A stretch of 64,000 bases of DNA from Schmidtea nova (Eukaryota), in the NCBI GenBank assembly GCA_044892505.1, contig CM097883.1, positions 153,698,001 to 153,762,000 of the forward strand, given 5' to 3'. Under the pieces are notes generated by a model, which was not told the DNA's origin, did no database searches, and saw nothing but the letters and a program-made list of their open reading frames with translations. A program made the translations under genes and the position numbers. Shown here piece by piece: positions 13,201-25,700 of the stretch; within the stretch, counting starts at the first letter, position 1, and the number at the start of each line of letters is the position of its first letter.

Positions 13201-14094
13201 TGATAACGTAGTGATTACATAATCATATGTACTACATAAATCCCTGAGTGATTACGCAATATACACACATGGGGGTATTGAGGCAGACTCCTCATAGCCT
13301 CCTACGGATGAAGATAAAGACACAGAATTTATATTTCGTCTGCTGTTTTGGGATGACTCTTTAAAAGATCAACTGCCAATATCTTTAGGCCACTGAGGTA
13401 ACTGCGAATAAAACCGTTGATGAAATATAATTTAATTTTAGACTTAAAACATTTTTTCACGATTAGAAATGTATATGTAGGATGCAAAGAAATTTTGAGA
13501 AATTGAAGAAATTTCTTCTTAGTTGAAGAAAAAATAAAAGGATGAGAAACAAAGTTTAATGAAAAGATGGAAACTGAGGAGTCCTCAACCACTGAAATAT
13601 TTTAAATTTGGTGGTGCCAATATAAATAAAAACACAGGTTGTATTTAATATAGCACTGATTTAGAAAAAAGAACAATTAGGTCTGACAATTAATATTATT
13701 ATTTTTATAAATATACTGATATAAATGCGTGTTTATTTCTACGCTCGAATCTATGTTGCAATATCAACTACTGAATTTGTAACTCTTCTGAGATTTCAAT
13801 TTTTAGGGATGATTTTACTGAAAAATCAGTTACTTTATAAATTAATTTTTATGGCACTTAATCTGCCAATAGCTTTTGTTATCTTTCTACTTAAGTTAAG
13901 TGAAAATGAAATTGTTTTAATAACAAGATTGTTTTTAAACTTGGAATTGAAAATATTATTTTATTTATTTGACCTTACATTTTTGATACAATTTATTTAA
14001 ACAAAAAGGTTAAAATATATTTTATTATTTATTTATTTTAATTTAATTATTATTATTAATATTAATTTTATTAACCAAGTAATAAAAAGTAAAG

Positions 14095-14133
14095 CTTTGT
14101 GATACCCATTGCAAAATCCCAATAGCAGACTAG
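14095..14133 (+). mobile_element. Helitron-like 3' terminus (copy 1)
   Basis: gtgatacccattgcaaaatcccaatagcagaCTAG followed by T. A near-identical copy lies on the minus strand ending at 26290. The hairpin is weak. Confidence 0.4.
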
Positions 14134-15062
14134 TTTTGAGCTTTTGGATCCCACCTGTGCTATGCAGGAGACGCTAAAATTGATTTTCGCGCCAGGTAAG
14201 TATAAAACAAAGTCGAAACAACGTTGTTAAACACCATTCCTGGTACACTGGATATCACATCACCTTTTATTACTTGTTTAAAAACAAAAAGTCATTCGAC
14301 AAATGTTTTTCAAAATTAATTTTATTATTATTTATTTCTTCGAATTTATATATTAAAATATTTTTTCCAAATTTAAAATAAAATATATTTTTCGAATATT
14401 TTCAAAGTAAAATTAATTTACATACAATATTTTCAAATTAACATATAAATACTTTTTTCAAAATCACATAAAATGTTAATATTAACTGTTTTCGTCACCA
14501 AAACATGAAAATGTCAATAAGTATTTGTAAGATAACAAATTGTTATTTGATAAAATGTCAACAAAATATTATGAAAAATAAATCAACCTTTTAACCAAAT
14601 ATCAAGATAAACTAGATTTTTTTTGACTGTTGTGTTATTGAGTTGTTGATGAAGTTTAAAAATTACCAATAATAATTTCTGACTCCGACTTTTTGATATC
14701 ACAACTGGTTTCACAATTAAACTGGTACAGCCAATTAGTAACCCAAGACAATTATACAGTGCTTATTACAACACTTTTGTAAGGAATAACACTCGTGTAT
14801 AATTTTTGTCTATCGATCACCAACTACTGATTTAAATTTAATAATAAGTAATAAACTATTTGTTTCCTTTGCTTTGACTTTGGATTAAAACTTTTAAATA
14901 AATTTCTCAATAATAAATTTCTAATAAATTCTCAATAATCAGTTTCTCAATAAACTTCCCTCGATCAATTTCTTATTAATTTCTTATCGTAAAACGTCTG
15001 TCGCAAATTCTCGCTTTAATACTTTTCCGCAACTTTCTCTGTAAAGCTTATCTTACAAACTT

Positions 15063-15145
15063 TTCCACAAAACTTCTGTTACAAATTCGTTCCACAAAAA
15101 TTTCTCCACAAATTTGTTCCACAAAAACTTCTGTCTAAAACTGTT
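15063..15145. repeat. Three ~27-bp tandem repeats in a degraded minus-strand reading frame
   Basis: ttccacaaaa...acaaatt(c/t)g repeated; reads KFLWNKFVE/KFLWNEFVT in ORF 15053-15259. Confidence 0.6.
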
Positions 15146-15526
15146 CTCTCCCATTTTAGAGTTTGCCATTCTCCGGTACTTGTGATGATTTTCTTTCTCC
15201 CATTTCTGCCGCTGGCATTTCCATTTTTCTTTTTTAGCTTTCGTGCTACACATAGCCATTCAGCATTCGTGATATTTTGATTTTTTCCTTTTTGTTTCTG
15301 GCATTTACCAATGTTTTTCCAGTTCCCGTGTTATCTTTGACATCTGCCAAGATACCGGTTTTGTTTTTGTTTTCCCAATTCAGAAATTCCATGATGTTTT
15401 ATTGCACACATAGGAACCCGCAAGGGGGGCAAGTGGATGGGGTTCTTGCCCGACTCCTGGATTGATTGAAAATAGTCAAATAATGTTACTTTTATTTTAA
15501 ATCACTTTGTGTTAGTATAAGGAAAA

Positions 15527-15735
15527 TGTGGAGAGACAGAACATCAGCCAGTCTGGAGCAGCATCATCGTCAGGTTGGCGACGCACCGGTGTGACGCGAG
15601 CGTCAAGCGTTCAGCCCCCCCCCTCATTGCTCGGGCCGATCATTCGTTCCTTGCCGACTGAAACAAGTGCCGCGTCTCGTAAACTCCGCACGTCGTATTG
15701 TATTTACCTAAGCAAATAATCCTGTAACCTTTACA
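15527..15735 (+). mobile_element. Probable solo LTR nested in the hAT element
   Basis: 209-bp GC-rich island bounded by TG...CA in AT-rich flanks. TSD imperfect (aaaa/taaa). Confidence 0.4.
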
Positions 15736-17567
15736 TAAATTAACTTGTGAATCGAGCCGTGAGTATTACTAAACCTTACTATACATTAACTATATTACAT
15801 ACTATCCTATATGTCAACCGCAAAAGCAAAAATTGGCCGATGGGCGTGGGACCTTCTGATATCAAAATCCTAGTCAATTCCATCTTCCACGCACGTTGTC
15901 GCCAAAAACATATTAGAAAAATATAAATCATCTATTTTAATTTCGTTATAAACTTAGTTGTATGAACTACATGTTTTATTGTACAGTCCTATATTTGAAT
16001 AATTAATGAGGTTGTTTGCACATACAGTAGTTAAAGTTATTTTGTAATCCCTTTATAATCTAATTATTGTGATTATTTTCCTTTAGTTATAATTACTAAG
16101 CTTGTTTTATTGTAAATTCACATAATTTATTTTGTTATTTCCGCAACCGGTTCAAAGAGGAATTCAAGGTGACTTCATTACTACTCCTTGTATATAGTAC
16201 AAAGATTTTAATGAATGTGCCAGAAACCATACCAGCTCAGCATGGCATCGTGGGTCTCAACAAGATGCTGAACACTTTGCATCAACCATTTGAGATCCAA
16301 ATAAGGATATTATTTGTCAGAGAGATAATTCTGTAAAACGAACTATTGAAAAAATAGAAAGAAACTGTATCCTATTATTTCAATAATCTTATTTTGCAGA
16401 ACTAATGATTTGGCAATTCGCGTGAAAGGTAGCACCAAAGGAAATGTCGAACATTTTTATGCGTATCGAATTGAGGGAGGAGACAGTATTTTAAAAAGTC
16501 GTTTTAGTACAGCTGCTGGAAATGCACGTTACACATCACACTGAATGCAAAATGATTTGATAAATTTGTCTGAACAAGCTTTGCGAGAAGACATATTAAA
16601 AACTGCTGACAATGCTTTTGGATTCTCGATCATAGCCGATGAAACAGTAGATATCTTAAGAACAGAACAGTTATCACTGGGAGTATGGTTTGTACATATG
16701 TCTAGTGAGAAGGTTATGATTCGTGAGGAATTCCTTGGATTTTCTCCGCTGAAAGATATGGACGCCACCACGATATCTTATTGTATTATTCAACATTGAA
16801 AAACAATTGGTCTTCTCCTTAATAATCTGCTGGGTCAAGGTGGTCAAGGTTATGGTGGATGCTCGACAATGGCCGGAAATGAAAATGGTGTTCAGGCCAA
16901 AATCCGAAGTATTTACTCCAAGGCTGCCTTTGTTCACTGTACCTCGCACAAACTGAATCTCGTAGTAAATGATCTTAATTATGTTGCAGTGATACGCAAT
17001 ACTATTGGTACTATCAAATCAATTATTACATTTTTTCGTGAAAGCCGAAAAATGAGGTCCTCGGTCCAAAATATTCCTCTTTTGCCTGAGACAAGATGGA
17101 CAAGCAAATATAAAAGTATTCGGATATTTTCTAGTAAATGTGAAGATATTTATTGTCAACTGGAAGAATTTTCATTGCATGCAAGTGAAAATACACAACA
17201 GGCTGTACATCAGTTATATTGTTCATCAAAGTCCAGCACGTTTTTATTTTGTCTAAATATTATTTCAAAGTACTCTGCCATACTGGAACCAGTTACTCAG
17301 GCTCTTCAAGCTGTTCAAGTTGATCTTCCAGAAATCCAACTGCAAGTTCAAAACCTACTCAGTGTAGTAAAATTTCACTGAGGTGATTCCGATAACTATT
17401 TCAAGGATAACTTTGAGAAAACAGTACAACTCTCACAGAAAGTGGATATTGAACTGATGAACCCAAGACAGTGTGAAAAACAAAAGCATCAAAGTAATCC
17501 GGGAACCATAAGCGTTGAAGAGTACTTCAGACAAATAGTTTACATTCCATACTTAGATTCTCTAATT

Positions 17568-17863
17568 CAGTGGTTCTCAAACTTTTTGAAGTCGGGGAAC
17601 ACTAAACTCTGATACATTTTTAGGCGGAACATCTACAATACAGCATAAACTTTAAAACAGGGGGCGGAGGTAGTTAACCTTTTTAAAATCAAAAGAGCAA
17701 TAAAAAATAGAATAATGTTCGCAAAAACACTCCATTATGTTTGTATCTATACAAAGCTGAATGGTAAGTATAAATTTTATATTAAATTGATTTTTATTTG
17801 CGAACAATTTTTAATTGAATTGTACATTTGATTTTTTCACGGAACACGCTTTGAGAACCACTG
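17568..17863. mobile_element. hAT (Buster/Charlie-type) MITE inserted in the hAT transposase ORF
   Basis: TIR CAGTGGTTCTCAAA / TTTGAGAACCACTG with perfect TSD CTCTAATT. Removing it rejoins YIPYLDSLI|NSMESRF. Confidence 0.95.
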
Positions 17864-19401
17864 CTCTAATTAACTCAATGGAGAGTCGATTTTGTGAAGC
17901 CAACAGTGTACAATTTAACTTGGCGTTGCTACATCCTTCGAAATTGTTCAAACTGAATCGTCATCAGTTTAAGGATATAATGTTTACTATTAATCAGGTA
18001 TACCCCATTTGTAATTTTGAAACCGAAGCTTTGAATTGGTTTGATTTTTGTAAAACGCGAGAATACAAAAGTAGCCATGATTTCATCGACTTGTTATCTT
18101 TTACAAAGTTTTATCCGAGTGTCAGGTATGCCTTACTAGCTTTGCTAACATTACCAGCAACAACATGTACGGTGGAGCGATCATTCAGCCCATTACGTCT
18201 GTCTGGATTGTGTATGTTAAGAGTACACAGAGACAAAGTGAACTGCAACAAAAAAGACTTTATGTACAAAATTGTAGACATGTTTGGTATCGATAACAGA
18301 CGACTCCAATTCTTGTTTAGAGAATAAATTTTATTTTAAATTAATGTTGTAATATCTTTTGTTATATACATATATTGTGTTAATAAAAATTTGTTGCTAC
18401 AGTATGCCCTTCATTACTACAGTGCCCTGGCCGTTCGTTCACCATACAAATACGCTCCAGTAAATTAAAACTACATTAAAACATTTCTAAAAATATTTTG
18501 TCCCCCTCTAGAAAAACTTTTCTGCGGGTGCCCATGTTTGCGCTTATTAATTATAAGTGACCTTTTTCTGTTTTATTGTTTAATTTCTTTCATTTTGTTA
18601 CCCTTTCCTTTTTTTCAAATCTTTGCTTTTCCGTTTTCTTCCCCAAGTTCCAGAATGCTAGTTCAGTCACCTATTGGTTGTCACACCTAGTTATTCAAAT
18701 TATTTATAATATTATTTATTATTTAGGTATCCTCAACAGGACTGACCAGGTTTAATTGTTATCTATATTTACAATCATTCTGTACCTATTTGTCCCTGCT
18801 TTATAGTGCTACCTGACTTTTAATACTTTTACTAATTTACTCGTATCCAACATATGAAAAAAGATAAAATTATTTGTTTTACTGAAGAAATTTCTAGTAC
18901 AAGCACGGATGATGCTGATGAGCGAGTTAGTAGAAGAACTTCAGTTTGAAATAACAACGGCCTTCGATAAAATGAGATTATGTAGAACAAATTTTTAGAA
19001 TTTCTTTTACGTTTACGAAATTTTCGATTCATTTCCCAAAATAAATGTTATGAAAATTTGTTGATATTTGCCACATAAATTTAGTAAACTGAAATTACAT
19101 AAAGTATTGAGGGTAAATAATGAAGTGATGGAGACATTTTGGCCTGACAATATCATTTATTGAATATAACACAATTAAAAATTTAGATTTTAATGATATA
19201 GTAAACGCATTTCCCAACAAGGCTAGAAAAAGAAGTCTAAAAAACATAAATATTAGTTTTTCTTAAATGCTATTAAAAACTACAAGCGTATATGGCATTG
19301 AATAATCTTGCGTTTACAAAACCTTATCTGACCAGGCCGAATATAGTTATCACTAAAGCTCTGCATGCGCCTGACTACGGCTATGGCAATTTTAGAAACT
19401 A

Positions 19402-19617
19402 CCGGAGTTTACCGAAAATAAGACCAGGGCTAATATTAAGAAAAATGGGGTTTTTGAAAAAAAACTGTTCTGCTACCCATCATATCTATATGAACAGGCG
19501 TTTCATCCATATTAAATATGACTTTTGATTGCAATTTACTTGAATAAAAGTTAACCTTCTCTAAGTATTGAGCAGCTACGGACCGCATCGCGGGGTCTTA
19601 TTTTCGGTAAACTCCGG
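19402..19617. mobile_element. pogo-family MITE
   Basis: Perfect 24-bp TIR CCGGAGTTTACCGAAAATAAGACC with TA on both sides. Confidence 0.9.
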
Positions 19618-19887
19618 TAATTTGCTACTGGGATATTTAACTAAATAAAATTGACAAATTGAAGAAATTCTGTTGGTCAAAAAAGCAACGAAAATATGGT
19701 GCTTAAGAAACATAAAAAGTTTCAGTGCTTCATTTTTCTAGAGTTAAATAAATTTTGCAGAATTTTGATTGATTTACATCCAAATTTAATGCATTTAAAT
19801 TTATTTATTTATTTATTTTATTTTATTCAGATAAGCTCAAAAATTTAACTAAGATTTGAGAAAAAGCACTTTTTTAATTTATATTTA

Positions 19888-20079
19888 TTTAATATTAATA
19901 TCAATCATTCCCATAATGGTAAGTCTATAGATCAAAATTTCTTTAAACAAGTACACAATATTTTGGCACAGCCTTTATCAAGTACAAATACACACTTGTG
20001 CCGAAATATTGTGTACTTGTTTAAAGAAATTTTGATCTATAGTCTTACCATTATGGGAATTATTGATATTAATATTAAA
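19888..20079. repeat. Near-perfect hairpin: 83-bp arms with 3 mismatches, 26-nt loop
   Basis: 19888-19970 is the reverse complement of 19997-20079. A partial second copy lies at ~60719-60778. Confidence 0.95.
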
Positions 20080-21605
20080 AAAAGATCAAAGGTAAAACAA
20101 AAAGATAATTATAATAGTATATTTATTTAATTGAAATTATTAATTTATTAATTTTATTAATAATTAATTTATTGGTTTATATTTTTGTTAATTTAGAATC
20201 TAGAACTCCCGGTTAGGAATTTGTGAGAAATGATGTATCTATACGCTTCAGTTTATAAATGCTAAAATAGTCTAAGTTCGTGGTCTTTTCTCAAGTTGTC
20301 TTAAGAAAATTACATACAGTTAATAAACGATTGTGTTAGAGACATCGTTAACACACAGAGGACCCTTTTGTAAAGAATTAATTTTCAAAATTTGACCAAA
20401 TTCGGTGTCTCCCAATCTCTTTCATTATATAAAAGAGACGAATTGAAGCTGACGCGAAGCCAGTCTAGAAGGTGTTAAAATGACCCAATATATATTTAAA
20501 TAAAATATATTCAAATAAAATAAAAATAAACATCATTTATTAAATCAGTGAATATTAGAAAATTATTTTCAATTGACAACATTTTGCACAGGGGGAAGTT
20601 TTTGAAATTAAGGATTGCTTACCAAACTGTGTATTGTAAATCCAAGGGTTATCACCGAAGCTGATAAACTGCAAAGGCTGCTTGCTATGATAAAGGGTAG
20701 TTCTAATTTATGATGCACCCATATTGTTGCCAATAACACATTTTGACTGAAAAGGGTCAAGCAGACTAACATCACTGCCAACCACCGGCAAGCATTCTTC
20801 TCAGATTCGAAAATTTGAACAAATTTGAAAGACATTGAAAATGATGGCTAATTTTAAATCAGATGCTGATTTCATAAACATCCGGAGTTTGTTTCAAGGT
20901 TTGTTTTAATAATTCGTTTCGTTCTGCAATTCGTAATTTTATTAATATTATCATTATCAAATTATATTTATATATTTTAGCTCTTTTAATGCGAAATATA
21001 GAGTAAAGAAATTCAATGAAAATAGATAGAAATTTACTTTCTTTTACAGTTTTTATTTTTTTCCAATTTTATCCAATAGCAAACAACAATGAAAGTTCAA
21101 TACAATTTAAAGTTAATTAATTAAATTAAAGTCAATTAATGCTCCACAGGGCATTCGTGGTTTATAATTAGAAAATATTACTCCAAATATTTTGTTCATG
21201 TTGGCGTTTCATACTTGAATATTTGCATCATAGCAATTAGAAATTAAATGAACGACTCTGTGAAAATTTATCATAATTTTCTATATGATTCGTTAGCAGG
21301 TTTGCAATTTGAGTTAAAATTCTTAGCCTCCTGAATTAGTTGGTGCGATTGTTGGTGATTCTAAGTTTTCTGTATTGCTTTTTGATCTGTTCTCGTTTAT
21401 TTTTTCAAACGTCATGGGTGAAATGCCACATACATTGGAAAAGACTGCCCGTCTTTTCAGTATTCGAGTTTCAGAGCGGAGTCAATTAATGAGATTTAGC
21501 GTAGTTTCCAATCATATTGATGTTTATGAATACGAGAGTGTGTTTACCTCAATAAATTAACAGTGATATTTATTAATTTCAATTTCATAACATTCAATTG
21601 GATGC

Positions 21606-21859
21606 TTACAATTTGAAAGTTCTACCAACACTACTGCTAATGATCGTGTTAGCGTTCTCACCGAATCGAATGCCAGTAGCCAATTCGCTGTGGTCACTGA
21701 AGCTGACAATGCGTTCCCATTGCTTGCTGAGATAGACACGCAAATCGGTACCCGCAACACCCAGATAGCTGTCGGAATTATCAAACTCCGAATCATTGAT
21801 CTGATAGGTCACCTATCATCGCCCGGACTCAAAGTCTTGAAATCCCGAACCTTCCTCAG
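21606..21859 (-). pseudogene. PRPF19: PRPF19 (Prp19) C-terminal WD40 fragment, frameshifted and 5'-truncated
   Basis: LRKVRDFKTLSPGDD (frameshift) TYQINDSEFDNSDSYLGVAGTDLRVYLSKQWERIVSFSDHSELATGIRFGENANTIISSSVGRTFKL. Aligns by eye to the recalled PRPF19 end (LRKLKNFKTL...[23 protein letters not shown]...FTEHSGLTTGVAFG...STGMDRSLKF). Confidence 0.85.
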
Positions 21860-22392
21860 ATATGAGTCGAGGATATGAGTCATGAACGATCTATTCAGTT
21901 TATGTATGAAAACAAATGGAAAGAGAGAGAGAGATATTGGGGTTGTGTCTAAACAAGCACGAAATATAAAAAGCACAAAAACTATATGACAATCAATAAA
22001 AACAGAATTTAAAAAGTAATAATTAAAGTACAAGAATTAATTAAAATTTGGAAAATTTAAGAATAAATATTTGATAGGAAAATTGGAAGGATGCCAAATG
22101 ATGAGAAGATTTCAAATATGGTAATATAAAATCAANNNNNNNNNNNNNNNNNNNNNNNNNNNNNNNNNNNNNNNNNNNNNNNNNNNNNNNNNNNNNNNNN
22201 NNNNNNNNNNNNNNNNNNNNNNNNNNNNNNNNNNNNNNNNNNNNNNNNNNNNNNNNNNNNNNNNNNNNNNNNNNNNNNNNNNNNNNNNNNNNNNNNNNNN
22301 NNNNNNNNNNNNNNNNNNNNNNNNNNNNNNNNNNNNNNNNNNNNNNNNNNNNNNNNNNNNNNNNNNNNNNNNNNNNNNNNNNNNNNNNNNNN

Positions 22393-25030
22393 GATGAGGC
22401 CGTTGGTCTGCTGATGATAGGCCGAAGTTCGTAGGTGTTTAATGTTAAGGGCGTTTGTAATATATTTTAATAGTTCTGATTCGAACTGGCGGCCTTGGTC
22501 TGTGATAATGGTTGTGGGAATACCGTAACGGTAGAACTAGGTAGAGGCTAGGTGGTTTGCGACAGTTGGTGCCGTGATATTGGGTATAGGGACTTCTTCA
22601 AACCAACGTGTATTACGATCTAATTGGTAAGGATGAAGGAAAAACCGTCGTCTGCTGGGAGGGGTCCTACTAGGTCAATGTGCCGAATGTCGAAGCGGGA
22701 GCCGGTGGGAAAAGGGGTGAGCGGTGGTTTGACGTGCTTAATAACTTTATGTTGTTGGCAGCCTTGGCATTCATTTACCCATTGTTTGACATCTGTGAAA
22801 CGGGCGTACCAGGTTACTTTCTGGCGGACTATTGCGTAAGTGAATTTAATGCCGGGGTGATGTAGGTTATGGACAACGATAAACGCTTCTTTGCCGAGTG
22901 ATTCGTGTAGTATGGGGCGCAGAGTGTTGTTAAACGATGTGTCGTAATTTACGCCGTCGATGAGTTTATTGGAGCCTTTGAACCTGGAAATCTCGTTCTC
23001 GGAGGGTAGTGTGGAAGCTAGGGTGTTGAGTTTAAGATCGCGCGTGAAAAGCAGTCTGCAATTACGTGGTCACCTCCTGCGATGTGTTTGATCTCGAAAT
23101 CAAAAGATGATAGAAAAGCAAACTGACTAAATATCCTATTTGAAGGATCTTTCATGGTGAGGCAGTGTAGGAGAGGTTTGTAGCCGGTGAATATTGTGAA
23201 ATGTCTACCCTTTAAGAAGTGCCGGAAATGTTTAACGGACAGCACAATGGCTAGTAGTTCTCTGTCGAAGGCGCTGTACCTTGTTTCTACTAGTGAGAAT
23301 TTCCGAGGAAAAAATTCTATGGGGTGGGGAACGTCGTCTCTAATTTGGTGGAGAACCACCCCGACTGCTATGTGTAAAGCGTCGGTGGTTAGAGTGAATG
23401 GCAGGTCGTTATGTGGATAATACAGCGTTGAGATATTAGTCAAAGCATTTTTAACGTATGTGAAGGCCTGATCTGTTTTGTCGGACCATTTGATAATAGC
23501 CTTTTTGGGGCCGTGATTGAATGCTGATAGTGGTGTGGTAATGTGGGACGAGTTTGGGATAAATCTGTGGCAGAAGTTCACAGTTACAAGAAAGCTGCGA
23601 AGTTCTGTGACCGTGGACGGCTTTGGAAATGCGCGGATAACATCTAGTCTTTCTGGGAATGATTCACATCCATCTGCGGATAGTATATGGCCTAAGAAGC
23701 GAACGCACGACTTGAAAAACTGGCACTTTTCAGGGCTGATCTGGAGGTTGTTTTTGTCGAGGACGCCAAATACCTGTATTAGATCTTTTGCGTGCGAAGA
23801 TTCGTCGGGGGAAGCAACAATGATGTCGTCAAGATAGGCGGATGTGTGTTTAAGGTGTCGGAAAGTGATGTCCATGAAACGTTGTAGTGTCTGAGCAGCG
23901 TTTTTGAAGCCAAATGGCATGAAAATGTATTAGAAGTTGCCAAATGAGGTAGTGACTGATGTTTTTGGAATATCATCTGGATTGACAGGGAACTGGTGGA
24001 ACTCTTTGGCGAGGTCAATTGTGGAAAAAACTGTGTTCCCGGAAAAAACTGGAAAACAGATCCTTAATGAGAGGCATTGGGTAAACGTCATGAATTGTAA
24101 CGCTGTTAAATCCGCGAAAATTGCCACAAGGACGAAAGAAACCGTCTTCCTTTGTTACCACGTGAATAGGAGAAGCCCATGGGGAGTAGGTACGTCTGAG
24201 GATGCCCTTGTCATCTAGCTCGGAAAATCCGAGTTCGACGGCCAGTCGTTTATTAATAGCTAGAGGTCGGGAACGAGCGTTTTGTGGTGTGCACGGGACG
24301 GTAGTGATGAAATGGACGGACTCCTTGCTGGTGATGTGTGTGGTAGACTTGGTCAGAAGGTTTGGGAAATGTGTAGCGATGACTGACTCTACATTTTCTA
24401 CTGTTAAAGAGATTGTTGTTTGTTGTGGAACTATCGTTGAAACTGGCTGAGGGAGCTGATATATTCTGCTGTTCTTACAGTCGATGTTCACTTCTTCGGT
24501 CGTTAAGAAATTGAGGCCTAGTATAGGAAATGTGGTATCAGCGATGTAGAAGGAGGGTGAGAAAAGTTTGGAAAAACCTGGAAGGCGAAACTGTATTGTT
24601 TTTGTATCGGAGAGTAGTATGTGCGTGCCGTTTGGTGCTAAGGTGGAGGATGAACAGGGTGTGTCTGCGGCGAAGATGGTAGGTAGTATTGAATATGAGG
24701 AACCTGTGTCTATAAGTGGTGTTATGGTGCGTCGATTGGGTTGGCCGTATTCTTCTAAGAGTTCTGCGTTTATTGTAAAGTTTCCGGCAATCCTAGGTAA
24801 GATTAGTGTAAGGGCTGTCTTGTTTGTGGTGACGAGGGGCAATGTTGAGGGTGGTGCATGAAATGTGGTTTGTGGTGGCTGTGGTAGAACGTGCGTGTTT
24901 CCAGCGCTGGCTTCGTCATGTGAAGAAATAGGCGATGCTTTGGGTATTGTTAGTGATGTTGTTGATGGTACTGTGAATGATATTGTTTGCGGTGATGTGG
25001 TGTTAGTGAAAACTAAAATTTTTAACAATT
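22393..25030 (-). mobile_element. Ty3/gypsy LTR retrotransposon pol (PR-RT-RH-IN), probably CsRn1-like, disrupted
   Basis: Protease LIDTGSSYSILP; RT SPWASPIHVV, MPFGFKNAAQT and YLDDIIV; RNase H AFDRELLAI; integrase HHPGIK..CQGCQ..HIDLVGPLP. Contains frameshifts and runs into a gap. No LTR pair seen. Confidence 0.92.
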
Positions 25031-25509
25031 TTACTCACAGGCTACGCTATTCATAAACGGGTTATTTTAATTTCCAAAGTCGTCCTAAAATCAAATCAAA
25101 TTTGCTCTTTAATTTTTTGTTTTCGTTTTTAAAATTTAATCTTCCAAGATCGGTATTTCTATTGTAAATTCTTTTGCTTGGTTAGTTCAATCGTTTTTTA
25201 TTTCTTTAGTGATTTTCTTTCAATGGTCTCCGACTTTTTTCAATAAATTTCTAATTTTCGTTATTACTATAGACAATAGTAATTTCGATCGATTCTTTTT
25301 TTGAATTTTTATTATTATTATTACAAGGCATAATTGCCGTAAATAACCAAATTATAAAAGGGGGTTCTCCTGTGTCCGCAAGGACGCCCTTATTAATAAT
25401 CACTGCGACAGGGATCATAATAATAATGACGATAACAATAAAAAATATACAATATTAACAATTATAATAAAAATGTCGGCGCGTTGAGTTTTGAATTGCT
25501 TCCTTCTTC

Positions 25510-25700
25510 ATATTTATTAAATCTGTCATCTTTGCATTTGAGTTAGCTTGGTGCTTTTTATATTATGAAACTGTCATATTTGCATTTGAGTTTGCTTGGT
25601 GCTTTTTATTTAATAAATCTGTTGTCTTTGCATTTCGATTTGCCTGCTGCTTTTTATTTAATGAAACTGTCCTTTTTTGCATTTGAATTTGTTTGCTTGC
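25510..25700. repeat. Four ~48-bp tandem repeats upstream of the gypsy pol
   Basis: The ttgcattt anchor recurs at spacings of 48, 48 and 49 nt. Units alternate aaatctgt / gaaactgt. Confidence 0.9.

Larger units (their letters stand above)
9600..13280. mobile_element. Putative large inverted-repeat element of unknown superfamily
   Basis: Both ends carry clusters of RTTACRYAAY motifs and align loosely in inverted orientation (ctcggggtttacatagcacacctggttat vs the reverse complement ctcagggatttatgtagtacatatgattat). It encloses a PHD-like remnant and a ~143-bp array. No TSD seen, and it contains a gap. Confidence 0.35.
15409..18536 (+). mobile_element. Near full-length decayed hAT element (ZMYM1/PRKRIR-like, DUF4371 + hATC)
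   Basis: TIRs CATAGGAACCCGCA (15409) and TGCGGGTGCCCATG (ends 18536); TSD 5/8 (attgcaca/tttgcgct). Motifs FSIIADETVD, REEFLGF, GQGYGGCSTMAG, FVHCTSHKLNLVV, ETRW and TLPATTCTVERSFS, broken by stops and frameshifts. Confidence 0.9.

Noticed and set aside
23187-25056. Plus-strand ORFs over the gypsy pol (also 61299-63787 plus, 60079-60264 minus, 53087-53347 minus, 28886-29140 minus)
   Set aside because: Antisense shadows of frames with recognisable motifs on the other strand.
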